From Obrimoposthia wandeli (Eukaryota), in the NCBI GenBank assembly GCA_977020255.1, contig CDROCS010003444.1, positions 1 through 64,000 of the forward strand: a stretch of DNA of 64,000 nt, given 5' to 3'. The notes beneath the pieces were generated by a model. It saw only the letters and a list, made by a program, of their open reading frames with translations. It was not told the DNA's origin and searched no databases. Each line of letters starts with the position of its first letter. The stretch's first letter is position 1. Shown here in pieces: positions 39,763 to 50,587 of this stretch. Both the position numbers and the translations under genes were made by a program.

Positions 39763-40074
39763 ATAACTGAACAAGAACTAAGATTAAATAGCCACAAACA
39801 CACGCCTGCAGGATATTTCGTTAATAGGCAATGCTTACATGCAGTGGTTGCCCCGGCGAGAGCTATTTATACCAAGGGGAATATCTTGTGGTTTTAAATA
39901 AAGATCCCCTTAGGGCGCTTACGTTCTCAAAGAAACCAAAGGGTGTCTTTGTCTTGTCAAGGAATCGACTTCACTGTGGTGGTGGTATCTGCTCCCTTAG
40001 TTATGACTATTGGTTTCAAGGTGTTCCTTAAATAACTGAACGAGAACTAAGATTAAATAGCCACAAACAAACGC
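39763..40074. repeat. Two 43-bp direct repeats (41/43 identical; 39763-39805, 40032-40074) flanking a 226-bp segment containing hairpins
   Basis: ATAACTGAAC[A/G]AGAACTAAGATTAAATAGCCACAAACA[C/A]ACGC. Confidence 0.88.
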
Positions 40075-40134
40075 TTTAAATAGCTCACGCTCAGTAGGCT
40101 ATTTATTGATAATAGCTGTAACTTATAGATTGAA

Positions 40135-40542
40135 TTAAACCTGACAAATAACAAAAAAACAGTTTTGCTCAATGCTTTCACCAAAACCGATTAAAGGTGT
40201 GTCGTATCTCAATATAGTCCCATTCTCTTCTCTCTCCTGCGTGGCCAAAAACTCATACTCTTTGAGGGGATCATTCATCATCTCTTTGATATGTGCGACA
40301 CTCACACCTTCAATATTTACACCATCATTACTTTCACTAACATTATTTTCATTAACATAGTGAAGTAAACACTCTTTACTGTAAGCATCAACCTCTACAC
40401 TAACCACTACTAAAGCAGCACCTGATTCAGTTACTTGACCTTCTGCATCAATAGCCACCTTTAGGACATGCAACGTAAAATGATCCTCTATCTCGCCATG
40501 AACTTCAAATTCATCCATTAAATCTTTGCCGTATTTACTCAA
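40135..40542 (-). CDS. Hypothetical acidic protein
   Basis: 135-aa ORF with upstream GGAG RBS; no family recognised. Confidence 0.6.
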   Translation of the reverse strand: MSKYGKDLMDEFEVHGEIEDHFTLHVLKVAIDAEGQVTESGAALVVVSVEVDAYSKECLLHYVNENNVSESNDGVNIEGVSVAHIKEMMNDPLKEYEFLATQEREENGTILRYDTPLIGFGESIEQNCFFVICQV

Positions 40543-40668
40543 AAACTGACTCCTAGTGTCAAATCAAAGAAGCTAACAAATTTTTATTAACTATTCCACA
40601 GAATAAATTTAGTCAATGAACTAAAAAAAATCAGCTCAGCTTTTGAGGTATCATCTAGATAACGCTAA

Positions 40669-41292
40669 CTAATCTGCTTTTTTAGTTAACTCTTGGATAT
40701 GCTCTGCTATGTCTTCAGGGGTTGTATTACTAGAATAACGCACTACACCATTAATATCGATAACCACCTGCCACGGGGTTCCAACCACCGAATAGCGCTT
40801 AGTGATAACGGTATTTTCATCAAAAGCGACTGCATAAGGCAGCTGATGAGTTTTTTTATAAGCCGTCGCTTTTTCTAAAGTATCCTCAAAGCCAACATTG
40901 ATTCCCAGTACTTCAATTTGATCGCCAATTTGTTGGTGAATCTTCTTCAAATTAGGGATTTCTGCACGGCAAATTGGGCACCAAGTAGCCCAAAAAACCA
41001 GATAAACCGGTTTTTTTCCTCTATAGTCAGAAAGACGAAACTTTTCTCCTGCTAAAGTAGTCAATTCAAAGTCTGGTGCGATATCGCCTAGCTCTAACGC
41101 ATTAGCATGCACACTATACAAAGACGCAAAACTACTAGTTAACACTGCCATCAGTATCGCTTTAACATTTCGCTGATAAAAGCTACGACTAGTATTAGAG
41201 GCACTCTTACGCCAAATAAAAGGGTAGCAAAGCGCTAATTTTTGCAAGAAAGTAGCTTTCTTAAAAAATAATGCAGCTGAGGTTTGTATCAT
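40669..41292 (-). CDS. TlpA/ResA-like thiol-disulfide oxidoreductase, probably exported; real start may be downstream
   Basis: APDFELTTL, FWATWCPIC, VVGTPWQVVID (cis-Pro). Confidence 0.85.
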   Translation of the reverse strand: MIQTSAALFFKKATFLQKLALCYPFIWRKSASNTSRSFYQRNVKAILMAVLTSSFASLYSVHANALELGDIAPDFELTTLAGEKFRLSDYRGKKPVYLVFWATWCPICRAEIPNLKKIHQQIGDQIEVLGINVGFEDTLEKATAYKKTHQLPYAVAFDENTVITKRYSVVGTPWQVVIDINGVVRYSSNTTPEDIAEHIQELTKKAD

Positions 41293-41678
41293 ACTTTAAC
41301 TCCAAGCAATTACAGAATAATGAGATTTATCATCTAGAGCTTGTCCTCTTTATCTAGAAAAATCAGATCATTGACTGACTTATCAAGAATGGATACAGCG
41401 CTCTATGTTGACTCATATACTCATATTTTTATTGTTTGGATTCGCTCTTAAACGATACAGTTGTAATATTTCTAGTAATTACCTGATACTCAATACATTT
41501 AGCATTCGTCGTTTATTCGCTGCAGGTTTTTTTACTTGATTAAGTGGCATTGGGATAAAGCGTTTAGCTTGCTATGCTTTTTCTTAGAAGGATATTAAGA
41601 TAAAAAATCTAATTTTACTCAAAGCGGCTTTCTTTCACAAAAGAAGCTTCACCAAACAAGTAAAATTAGATGATGCTA

Positions 41679-43664
41679 TTACAGTGTAAATCTATTGGTC
41701 AGCTCATGTTGCATTTTAGAAATTTCTAGCAGTTTGTCACTGCTCATTTCAGCTTCTTTCGCCCCTTTTGCTGTACGATTAGCCACTTGATTAATCTCTT
41801 CCAAATGCTGACTCACAACACTCACTGTTTCATGCTGCTCTGCTGCAACATTACTAATAGTATGACTCATGGTACGTATAACAGTAATCGATTCTTGCAA
41901 TAGCAAAAGTGAATCGCTTGATGATCCAGCTAACTGCACTCCAGAGTCTGATTTTTTTTGCGTTTCTTGTAATAGCATCGATACTTTCTGTATCTGAGCT
42001 TTCATCATTTCAACAGTGCTTTGAATCTCCGCGGTCGAATTTTGTGTTCGACTCGCCAATGCACGCACTTCGTCGGCAACTACAGCAAACCCCCTACCAT
42101 GCTCTCCGGCACGGGCTGCTTCTATTGCTGCATTGAGCGCCAGTAAATTCGTTTGATCTGCAATAGCATTTATTGTGACGAGAATGGTATCTATTTGCTG
42201 ACTCCGTTGCTCTAGTAGTTGTGATTCCTTCACGACAACTGCAATTTCATCACTTTGAGTAACAATGTTTTGGCTAGTTTCACTCACCCGTGCATCTGCT
42301 TGTTTTGTTAGATCATGGCAATTATCCACAGCTTGTAGTGTAGAAACAACTTGCTCTGACACTCTAGTCACACTTTGTTTAAACTGGTCTGCAGATTCTG
42401 ATGTTGCCAGTAGCTGAATACTTTGCTGCTCCATTGAACTTGTTGTTTCATGGCTTATCTTACTATTAATATTAGCCGTGGTTTCTAACTCGTTAGATTT
42501 CACGCCAATTTGTTGCAGTATCGAGTGCAAGTTATTCACTAGTAAGTTTAGATCTTCACCCAATGAGCCAAACTCATCTTTGCGCTGCTCATCAAAAGTG
42601 ACGGTCATATCTCCTTTGCCTAGCTCTTTGAGTTGCTTACTAATTCTTTTAAGTGGCCTTTGAATAGTGATAAATACGAAGTACGCCGTCACAGAAGCGA
42701 CAATTAATGAAGCTAATATCAAGCCTATTATCAACGTTCTAGTGGTTGTGAATGTTGTATTACTGTCTATTTTACTTTGCTGCGCCGTTAAAATGGCATT
42801 ATCAATTAATGCTCTAGCGTTTACTTGTGTCACACTCAATTGCTTTTGTGCACTAATAATATTGCTATTAATGTTTTTGTTTAAGGCATCAGATTGTTTA
42901 TAACTTAGCAGTAAACCTGAATCGGCTTGTATCAATAACACGAGCTGATCTATGTGTTGCTTTAAGAATTTAGCTTTTTTCTCGACAGCTAAAAATTGCT
43001 CAAACTCACTTTGTATTTGTATTCGAAGCCTGTCACCTTGCTTAGTTAAACGCGTTATGTCGCCTTGAAGTTGATATTGACGTATCGCAATTCGCACTTG
43101 GTTAGCAGATGTCACCAATTTACGCAAAGCTTTCACCGCTACTGGATTTGCGCTAATTAATCCGCTAATTTTTTGGCTAAATTTATTAATTGTCTCTAAT
43201 TTAGTTTGCAGCTTTTGCAACTGATCTGTTATTTGATAGCTTAATGCCATATCTTCTTTATGATTGTTAACTAATTTCTGAGCATTGAGATAGTAAATCG
43301 AGGAGGCTGCAGACACTGTTTTCAACAACTGCGCTGATGGTGTATTTTCAATTTGATCATTTGATTGACTTAAAGATTGCTTGAACTGGCTAAACCTACT
43401 TTCAAATACAGCCAGCTCTTTTTGAAGTAGATCTTCATCATCTGTTCCTAAATAGATTAAGAGTGCTTCATTGGCTAATGATATGTTTAAGCTTTGATTA
43501 AAGCGCGTCACTAATTCAGGAATATCACTATCGGTAACTTTTTGAACTTGATGGTTTAATTCGCTAATGCTGCGCAACCCGCCGCCGCCTACTACCAGTA
43601 TAGATAACGCCAGCAGTACGAACCCAGCCAACGTTTTTAAAGCAACTGTAAATCGAAATGTCAT
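41679..43664 (-). CDS. Methyl-accepting chemotaxis protein
   Basis: Two TM helices, [38 protein letters not shown]. Confidence 0.95.
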   Translation of the reverse strand: MTFRFTVALKTLAGFVLLALSILVVGGGGLRSISELNHQVQKVTDSDIPELVTRFNQSLNISLANEALLIYLGTDDEDLLQKELAVFESRFSQFKQSLSQSNDQIENTPSAQLLKTVSAASSIYYLNAQKLVNNHKEDMALSYQITDQLQKLQTKLETINKFSQKISGLISANPVAVKALRKLVTSANQVRIAIRQYQLQGDITRLTKQGDRLRIQIQSEFEQFLAVEKKAKFLKQHIDQLVLLIQADSGLLLSYKQSDALNKNINSNIISAQKQLSVTQVNARALIDNAILTAQQSKIDSNTTFTTTRTLIIGLILASLIVASVTAYFVFITIQRPLKRISKQLKELGKGDMTVTFDEQRKDEFGSLGEDLNLLVNNLHSILQQIGVKSNELETTANINSKISHETTSSMEQQSIQLLATSESADQFKQSVTRVSEQVVSTLQAVDNCHDLTKQADARVSETSQNIVTQSDEIAVVVKESQLLEQRSQQIDTILVTINAIADQTNLLALNAAIEAARAGEHGRGFAVVADEVRALASRTQNSTAEIQSTVEMMKAQIQKVSMLLQETQKKSDSGVQLAGSSSDSLLLLQESITVIRTMSHTISNVAAEQHETVSVVSQHLEEINQVANRTAKGAKEAEMSSDKLLEISKMQHELTNRFTL

Positions 43665-44338
43665 GGAAACCTCAAAATGAATGTTTAAAAGTAATTAGCT
43701 AACTAAAGCTGTATTTTTTAAGCTTACTATTAATCGCTTTCCATAGCTGATAAGCCTAACTCGTTTAAACCCAGTGACAACTTGCATAATCCGCATTCAA
43801 CATAATGTTAGATTAATATTACCTTGCAAGTTATCGGTAGTCACTCTTCAAAATGCGCTATAGCATTAATTGTGACGCACTTTACATTTGAAAAGCTTAT
43901 AATATTCAGGGCTGATTCATTTCAATCATAAATAAAGCTTTAATACGCAATACTTAAAAATACACCCAAGCATAATATAATGTACTCTTTAGCAATTATT
44001 ATGATCCACCCGTCCAATTATAATGAGTCCAGATTCATACAGCTCTCTCTACACTAATAAGCGCTAAAATTTATGACATTGGTCATTGGTATTAGCGCTT
44101 TACTGCATTAGCATCCTTAGCAGCGCTTTGGACATGTTGTAAACTTATCTAGCTGAAACTAACATTTCATACAGCGCTGATGCATTAATATTCTAATGCC
44201 ATTAATTACTCTTCAAGCTGAATTAATAAGACCTTGGCCGACACTTATTGTTAATCCTAAACTACAAATAGTGGCTTTCCAGTGAGTTGGCTTTTCCAAA
44301 AAAACAACAAATATTCAATACAGCCCACTAATCAATGG

Positions 44339-45724
44339 CTAATGTTTAAAGCGAGCTGCTGATGAGCGTAGCTGACAAGCGCCACTTGGCCAATGCGCTG
44401 CAAACTGATCGAACCTAACAGGAAATTTGATGCGCTTAGCGGCTCCCCAGAGAGTGCTTTCAATAGTGCTTGAATAATCATCTTCATTTAAAGGAGCCAT
44501 TTTTGCTGACAGCGTAGCTCTAGGTACTGTTTGTAAAAGGTTTGCCGTGGCTGCTAGAGAGCATCGTGCGTGGGTAATAATATTATGATAGTGCCTAAGC
44601 TCTATCGCCTGAATAACACTGGTTGCCAAAAAATATCCGGTGGCGTGATCTAATGCTTGAACAGGTAAAGGGCTTGGTTTATTGGCGTCGCTTTGCAGCA
44701 TTGCATAGTGCGCAATGCCGCTGCTCATTTGTACTAAGCTATCAAACCCTCTCCTATTTTCCCAAGGCCCCTGCCACCCATAAGCATTAAGGGAAATATT
44801 AAGTAAATTTGGATTTATATTTTTTAATTCATCACTAGAAAAACCTAGATTTACTAATGCATCAGCCCGATAGCCGTGCAATAACACATCGGCCTCTTTT
44901 ATGAGCGCTATAAACTGCTGTTTTCCTTGTGGGCTTTTCAGGTCTATTGGTGCACACCTTTTACCCAAAGTTACTTCAGCAACAATACTCGGTTCTTGCC
45001 AGTCTTGTGGATCTAATCTTAACACTTGTGCCCCAAAACCTGCTAAAAAGCGACTAGCAATAGGCCCTGCTAACACACGAGTTAAATCGAGTACTTTAAT
45101 GCCCGCAAGAGGTAGGTTTTGTTTAGAAGTTGTTTTGGTGGAAAGACTTTCCCCTGTATAATACTGGCTTTCATGATAACTCCAATTAACCAGAGGCTGA
45201 TTAACGAGTAAACGCCCTTGCTCGTGTTGCTGCCATTGTTGTGTGCTACGCATTTTTGCGGCACAACCTCCTGCACTCACCACCATGTCTTCAAGCATAT
45301 CACCACGCCAAGCTTTTACGGCTTTAGTCACCGCCTCCCTTGTGCTCTGGCAACCCAAAACATTTAGAACGCAAGCTTTATGCTGTACTGCGTTGGTGTG
45401 CAACCTAATCCATCCATCACTTGTTTGATAATCTCCTGCTATTGCATCCCAAGCAGTGGGAATTTTGAAATCAACAGGACTTAAGGTCATATCAAACCAG
45501 AGATTGGCGAGACGCTGATCAAGTTGTGCATCTACTTTGTCCGCCGTAGCAGCAAAGTGTAGCCTGGTTAGCGCCGCACTTGCTGCGCCCATTGAGGCCG
45601 TTACTAACGCTGTGACTTCGTACCAAGCAGGTAAATTATCTGTTTTGATAATTTTTGGAAAGCGTAATGCTGCTAATGAATCGTGATTAAATGATTGCTC
45701 TATAGCACTTTGAAATGGATTCAT
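44339..45724 (-). CDS. Family III CoA-transferase (CaiB/BaiF)
   Basis: GIKVLDLTRVLAGP, GAQVLR, LGKR, ADVLLHGYR, RRGFDSLVQ. Confidence 0.88.
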   Translation of the reverse strand: MNPFQSAIEQSFNHDSLAALRFPKIIKTDNLPAWYEVTALVTASMGAASAALTRLHFAATADKVDAQLDQRLANLWFDMTLSPVDFKIPTAWDAIAGDYQTSDGWIRLHTNAVQHKACVLNVLGCQSTREAVTKAVKAWRGDMLEDMVVSAGGCAAKMRSTQQWQQHEQGRLLVNQPLVNWSYHESQYYTGESLSTKTTSKQNLPLAGIKVLDLTRVLAGPIASRFLAGFGAQVLRLDPQDWQEPSIVAEVTLGKRCAPIDLKSPQGKQQFIALIKEADVLLHGYRADALVNLGFSSDELKNINPNLLNISLNAYGWQGPWENRRGFDSLVQMSSGIAHYAMLQSDANKPSPLPVQALDHATGYFLATSVIQAIELRHYHNIITHARCSLAATANLLQTVPRATLSAKMAPLNEDDYSSTIESTLWGAAKRIKFPVRFDQFAAHWPSGACQLRSSAARFKH

Positions 45725-45738
45725 TTTTCACCTTAAGT

Positions 45739-45868
45739 CATTGCTGTCCACTTAAAAAGTGTAAGCTCTCTAACTCATTGATTTGTGGTTTCTAGCATAG
45801 TTAATTGGATTTATTCACGGACACTAATCAATGAGTTAAAGAGCAACAAAAAACAAGCCAGACACTAC
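45739..45868 (+). mobile_element. MITE-like element, copy 3 (internally deleted), 15 bp upstream of the CoA-transferase start
   Basis: CATTGCTGTCCACTTAAAAAGTGTAAGCTCTC...AATCAATGAGTT...GCCAGACACTA. Confidence 0.8.
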
Positions 45869-46052
45869 AAGTAACGTTTAATACCCCATGAGCGCTTAAC
45901 AAACTTCATACTATCATTATCTTATTGAAGTTTTTATATTCGATAACATTTAAGCAATGAGCACCTGAATTAACATTGAAAATTATATATGCAAACAAGA
46001 TAGATAGTGCTTTATCAAGTGCTATCTATTTCAGATCAAAAAATGTATCTAT

Positions 46053-47189
46053 TTAAACAGCCAAGTTAGCCTCTAGCGCTTGAGTGCTCATTAAACGCTG
46101 CTCTGTTTTTGCATCAAACAAATGTAATTTATCTAATTCAAACTGTATCGCCACGCTATCGCCGCTACTATAATTCGAGCGTTGCATAGAATAAACACAA
46201 AAGCTTTTATCTTCTATTTTGAAGTATAGCTGTTCACTAATGCCTGTTGGCTCAACCACCGAAACATCGTTTATAGTATGGGCATTATTTTTATCACTAC
46301 ACACCTTACAATGCTCAGGGCGTATCCCACAAGTGACTTTATCTCCCTCTTGTAACTGCGGGTAATACCTCGTTAAAGGTAGCTTCATACCAGATTGTGT
46401 CAATAAAATTTGTTGCCCATCTACTACACTTAATGTCGCTTGCATGAAGTTCATTGACGGCGCACCCATAAAGCTTGCGACAAAGACATTTGCAGGGCGA
46501 TCATAAAGCGTTAAAGGAGCCCCAATTTGCTGAATAATGCCACCATTGAGCACCACAATTCGATCCGCCAGCGTCATCGCCTCTACTTGATCATGTGTTA
46601 CATAGACAATAGTCGTTTGTAATTTTTGATGCAGCGCTTTTATTTCTAAACGCATTTGTACCCGCAGCTGTGCATCTAAATTGGAAAGCGGTTCGTCAAA
46701 TAGGAAAACCTGCGGTTGGCGAACAATGGCGCGCCCCATAGCAACGCGTTGACGCTGCCCACCAGAGAGTTCTTTAGGTTTACGCTCTAATAAATTACTC
46801 AAACCCAATACATCTGCCGCTTTATTCACAGCAGCTGCGATTTCTGCGGCGGGTTTCTTTTGAACTTCTAAACTAAACCCCATATTACGGGCAACACTCA
46901 TATGCGGATACAGCGCATATGATTGGAAAACCATCGATATATCACGATCTTTAGGGGCAAGATCATTCACCCTTCTTTCACCAATCATGATGTCGCCACT
47001 GGTGACCGTTTCTAAGCCTGCAATAGTGCGCAGCAATGTTGATTTACCACAGCCTGATGGCCCAACTAAGATAACTAATTCACCGTCTTGAATGTCTATG
47101 TCAATATTTTTAAGCACTTCAATTTTATCAAAGTGTTTGCGTAATTTTTTTATTTTAATCGCAGCCATAACTCTATCCTTTAACCGCAC
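46053..47189 (-). CDS. CUT1 sugar ABC transporter ATP-binding subunit (MalK/UgpC-like)
   Basis: GPSGCGKST, VFQSYALYPH, LSGGQRQR, FDEPLSNLDAQLR, TOBE tail. Confidence 0.93.
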   Translation of the reverse strand: MRLKDRVMAAIKIKKLRKHFDKIEVLKNIDIDIQDGELVILVGPSGCGKSTLLRTIAGLETVTSGDIMIGERRVNDLAPKDRDISMVFQSYALYPHMSVARNMGFSLEVQKKPAAEIAAAVNKAADVLGLSNLLERKPKELSGGQRQRVAMGRAIVRQPQVFLFDEPLSNLDAQLRVQMRLEIKALHQKLQTTIVYVTHDQVEAMTLADRIVVLNGGIIQQIGAPLTLYDRPANVFVASFMGAPSMNFMQATLSVVDGQQILLTQSGMKLPLTRYYPQLQEGDKVTCGIRPEHCKVCSDKNNAHTINDVSVVEPTGISEQLYFKIEDKSFCVYSMQRSNYSSGDSVAIQFELDKLHLFDAKTEQRLMSTQALEANLAV

Positions 47190-48021
47190 CGGCTGTTAAG
47201 CCCTGTACTAAGTAACGTTGAATAAATGCAAAGAAGATACAGGCAGGCACTAAAGCCATTACGCCCGCCGCCATCATTTGCCCCCATTCAACTGCAAATT
47301 TTGATACAAAATTAAGTAGCCCCACTGGGAAAGTGCTGACTTTATTATCGCTGATTAGCATTAACGCGAATAACAGCTCACTCCAAGCGGCGGTAAACAC
47401 AAAACCTAACGTCGCCGCCATGCCTGGCAGTGTTAATGGAATTACAACTTTGCGCAAAGCACCAAAGCGTGAACAGCCTTCAACCATAGCTGACTCTTCA
47501 AGATCTCTTGGAATGCCATCAAAAAAGGATTGCATTAAAAAGGTCGCGAACGGCACATTAAAGGCGGTATAAATTAACACGAGTCCCAACAAACTATTAG
47601 TCAGCCCTAAAGGCGCCATAATTTTGTAAATAGGTGCTAGTACCATCACCAACGGAAACATTTGCGTGATCAATAACAATGCACTAATCGTTAATTTTCC
47701 GCGAAAACGAAAACGCGAAAACGCGTAACCTGCTCCCGCAGCTATAACGGTAGTGAGTATCGCCGTTGAAAACGAAACGATCATACTATTGGCAAAAAAA
47801 TTCGGAAAATCGCTTTGTGTCAATACTGATTGAAAGTTTTCCCAAGTGAACTGACTTGGCCATAATCTTACGCCTTCACTGTAAAGAAGTTTATTAGGTG
47901 TTACTGATATTTTTAACAACCAGTACAGTGGGAAAAGCGCAAACGCCACATACATAAGTATTGCTGAGCGGTGCGCGAAAGTTTTAAGGCCGATTGAATT
48001 GCTCTGCTGTAAAATTGTCAT
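47173..48021 (-). CDS. CUT1 ABC permease (MalG-like)
   Basis: FFDGIPRDLEESAMVEGCSR (EAA loop). Confidence 0.92.
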   Translation of the reverse strand: MTILQQSNSIGLKTFAHRSAILMYVAFALFPLYWLLKISVTPNKLLYSEGVRLWPSQFTWENFQSVLTQSDFPNFFANSMIVSFSTAILTTVIAAGAGYAFSRFRFRGKLTISALLLITQMFPLVMVLAPIYKIMAPLGLTNSLLGLVLIYTAFNVPFATFLMQSFFDGIPRDLEESAMVEGCSRFGALRKVVIPLTLPGMAATLGFVFTAAWSELLFALMLISDNKVSTFPVGLLNFVSKFAVEWGQMMAAGVMALVPACIFFAFIQRYLVQGLTAGAVKG

Positions 48022-48030
48022 CTATCCTCC

Positions 48031-48951
48031 TTATCCTTTAAATAACTTACCGCGCAAGTGCAGTAATATTACAGCATAGAGCATGAGTAATATTAGCAGC
48101 GCTACCGCCATTGCGGATGCGTAACCAAAATCTAGGCGACGATACGCAGTAGTGAAGATATAACTTGGCAAGGTTTGTGTTGAATTGGCAGGGCCACCGC
48201 TGGTCATCACTATGATTAAGTCAGCAAAATTAGCAATCCAAATAGTGCGTAGCATCACAGTGATCGCAATCATGGGAGCTAAGAAAGGAAGTGTGATTTT
48301 GACAAACACCTGCCAGCTACTCGCACCATCTATTCCAGCGGCTTCGTATAAATCTTGTGGAATAGATTGCAACGCGGCGAGCAACGTAATAGCAAAGAAT
48401 GGGATGCCAAACCAAACATTCGCTAATATAGGTCCATACAATGCTAAATCAGGATCCGATAAGATATTAAAAGGCTCGCTAATCATACCCAATGCAGCCA
48501 TCCAATGAGGTAGCACTCCGATCACTGGATTAAACAACCAAGCCCAAGTTAAGCCCGATAAAAAAGTCGGTACAGCCCAAGGTAGAAACACTAATGCTTG
48601 TACTATTTTGCGCCCTGCAAACTTTTGATTAAGTAACATGGCAAGGCCTAAACCTAAACTGAACTGAAAAAATAATGAAATTAGCGTCCAATCGACAGTA
48701 TTTCCTAAAGCTCTAAAAAAATAACGATCGGACATCATTTTTTCAAAATGTGCAAGGCCAACCCAACCCGTGTTAAATGGATTTAGCAGCTCGATGTTTT
48801 GAAACGCATATGAAAGGCCGACTATGGTAGGGGTAATAATAATCAGCCCGATAATGATTAATGCTGGGCTCAAGTATAGATAAGGTTCAATTAGCTGACT
48901 AAAAAACAATCTTAGTTTTGTGTTATTTTGTGAAGCAGTTTGGCTGCTCAT
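48031..48951 (-). CDS. CUT1 ABC permease (MalF/UgpA-like)
   Basis: LQSIPQDLYEAAGIDGAS, GGPANST, GYASAMAV. Confidence 0.92.
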   Translation of the reverse strand: MSSQTASQNNTKLRLFFSQLIEPYLYLSPALIIIGLIIITPTIVGLSYAFQNIELLNPFNTGWVGLAHFEKMMSDRYFFRALGNTVDWTLISLFFQFSLGLGLAMLLNQKFAGRKIVQALVFLPWAVPTFLSGLTWAWLFNPVIGVLPHWMAALGMISEPFNILSDPDLALYGPILANVWFGIPFFAITLLAALQSIPQDLYEAAGIDGASSWQVFVKITLPFLAPMIAITVMLRTIWIANFADLIIVMTSGGPANSTQTLPSYIFTTAYRRLDFGYASAMAVALLILLMLYAVILLHLRGKLFKG

Positions 48952-49178
48952 GATTCACCTCTATTGCCATGCACTGCATGCACATAGGAGTAGTATTTGA
49001 TGTTTTGTATGTTTGCTTAAATTTAATGAATCTAGTTGAGATAAATTCATCAATACTGTTCATTCACACAATACAAATAGTTAATTGGCTGTTAATAGTT
49101 ATCACCAATGAATAAACGTTTGGAAATCGTAAGCTATTAAAAACTTGCTATCCCCAAACGTTTAACATTCGCGCTAAA

Positions 49179-50444
49179 TTATTGAGCCTTCATAAAAGTT
49201 TGCTGTTCTTTAGTTAGGTAATCAGCCCAACTTTGCGCCATTTGCTGGGCACTAATTTGGCCTAACAACGCTTCTTGTGAGAGATCTTTAGCCAACACTG
49301 AGTTAAAGTAACCCCAACCTTTCAAATGCGTTGGCATGGTTAAAGGAATATAATTCGGGTTATTTAGCTCTTCAAACCATCCTTTGTACTGTTCTGTACT
49401 AAAGAATGCATTTTTCTCTGCACCTTTATAAATAGGGAGTACACCTATCTTCTTCGCCCATTGAATATTCGCATCAGGACTCGATAAATGCGAAATCAAC
49501 TTCCAGCTATCTGCTTTGTTATCACTATTTTTAAAAATAGACCAACCGGTGTAACCAATTGTTGGATATGCTTTCCCCGAAGGACCTACTGGCATAGGAG
49601 CAACCGCAAAGTCGGCCTTATCCATGCTTTTTTCTACAGCGATAAGCGCATCTGGGTCCTGATCTAGCATCGCGCATTTTCCAGAGTAAAAGCCTGATAC
49701 AATTTCGTTGAAGCCCCAATTGACGCTATCTTTTGGTGCAGCTCCATTTTTGTACATATCAATTAACAACTGCGCACCTTTCACGGCATTTGGATCAGAT
49801 AAACGGCTATTTCCATTAGCATCGAAGAAATCAGGAGAGCCATTCATTGCAGCCATAAACATCATCCAACCATTGGTACCACCTACCCCACCACGCAGAC
49901 AGTACCCTGAAATACCATTGCCTAACGCACTGATTTTTTTCGATGCATCAACGAACTCTGTCATCGTTTTTGGCGCTTCACTCATACCGGCTTTAGCAAA
50001 CAGTTTTTTATTCCAAAACATAGCGCGCAGATAGAAGCCGTAGGGAATCATGTTGGCTTTGCCATCAACAGCACGCGCCATCGCCATGGTTTTATCAGTC
50101 AACTTAGCTTCTAAGCCCGCTTGGGCAATGTTATCTTCTAAGTTCTCTAACATCCCATTGCCTGCATAAAGGCCCTGCCATGAATCCGGCATTTCAACGA
50201 CATCAGGTGTCTGTCCACTTTGAACCATGGTGGCTAACTTTTCGAATGCTTGCCCCCAAGGTAGTGAGGTTATCTCAACATTGATCCCAGGATTGTTTGC
50301 TTCAAATTGCGCTACTTGCTGCTCTAGCACTTTGGTGCGATCTGGGCTGGTAATCACTTCTACCAGTTTCAAAGTTGATTGTGCGAATACAGAGCCGCTG
50401 ACCACGCTCATTGACAATAAAGTCGTGCATAAAAGTTTTTTCAT
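49179..50444 (-). CDS. CUT1 sugar-type solute-binding protein
   Basis: Signal peptide, FEANNPGINVE, GQTPDVV, MFWNKKLF. Confidence 0.9.
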   Translation of the reverse strand: MKKLLCTTLLSMSVVSGSVFAQSTLKLVEVITSPDRTKVLEQQVAQFEANNPGINVEITSLPWGQAFEKLATMVQSGQTPDVVEMPDSWQGLYAGNGMLENLEDNIAQAGLEAKLTDKTMAMARAVDGKANMIPYGFYLRAMFWNKKLFAKAGMSEAPKTMTEFVDASKKISALGNGISGYCLRGGVGGTNGWMMFMAAMNGSPDFFDANGNSRLSDPNAVKGAQLLIDMYKNGAAPKDSVNWGFNEIVSGFYSGKCAMLDQDPDALIAVEKSMDKADFAVAPMPVGPSGKAYPTIGYTGWSIFKNSDNKADSWKLISHLSSPDANIQWAKKIGVLPIYKGAEKNAFFSTEQYKGWFEELNNPNYIPLTMPTHLKGWGYFNSVLAKDLSQEALLGQISAQQMAQSWADYLTKEQQTFMKAQ

Positions 50445-50587
50445 CTCATCCAGTCTCCACTTAGTTATTTTTATTACTTCAAAGGATATTATTTAAAAAG
50501 GAATTTTTATTAAATTTATTGCAGGCTTAATCGCCCCTCCTTTAGGCTTTACCTGAATTAGCAATGGGTATTTCTACTCAAGATAAT

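Noticed and set aside
39763-40074. CRISPR, 6S RNA or tmRNA
   Set aside because: The spacer is too long for CRISPR. There is only a short CACCTTGAA resemblance to 6S, and no tRNA-like ends or tag reading frame.
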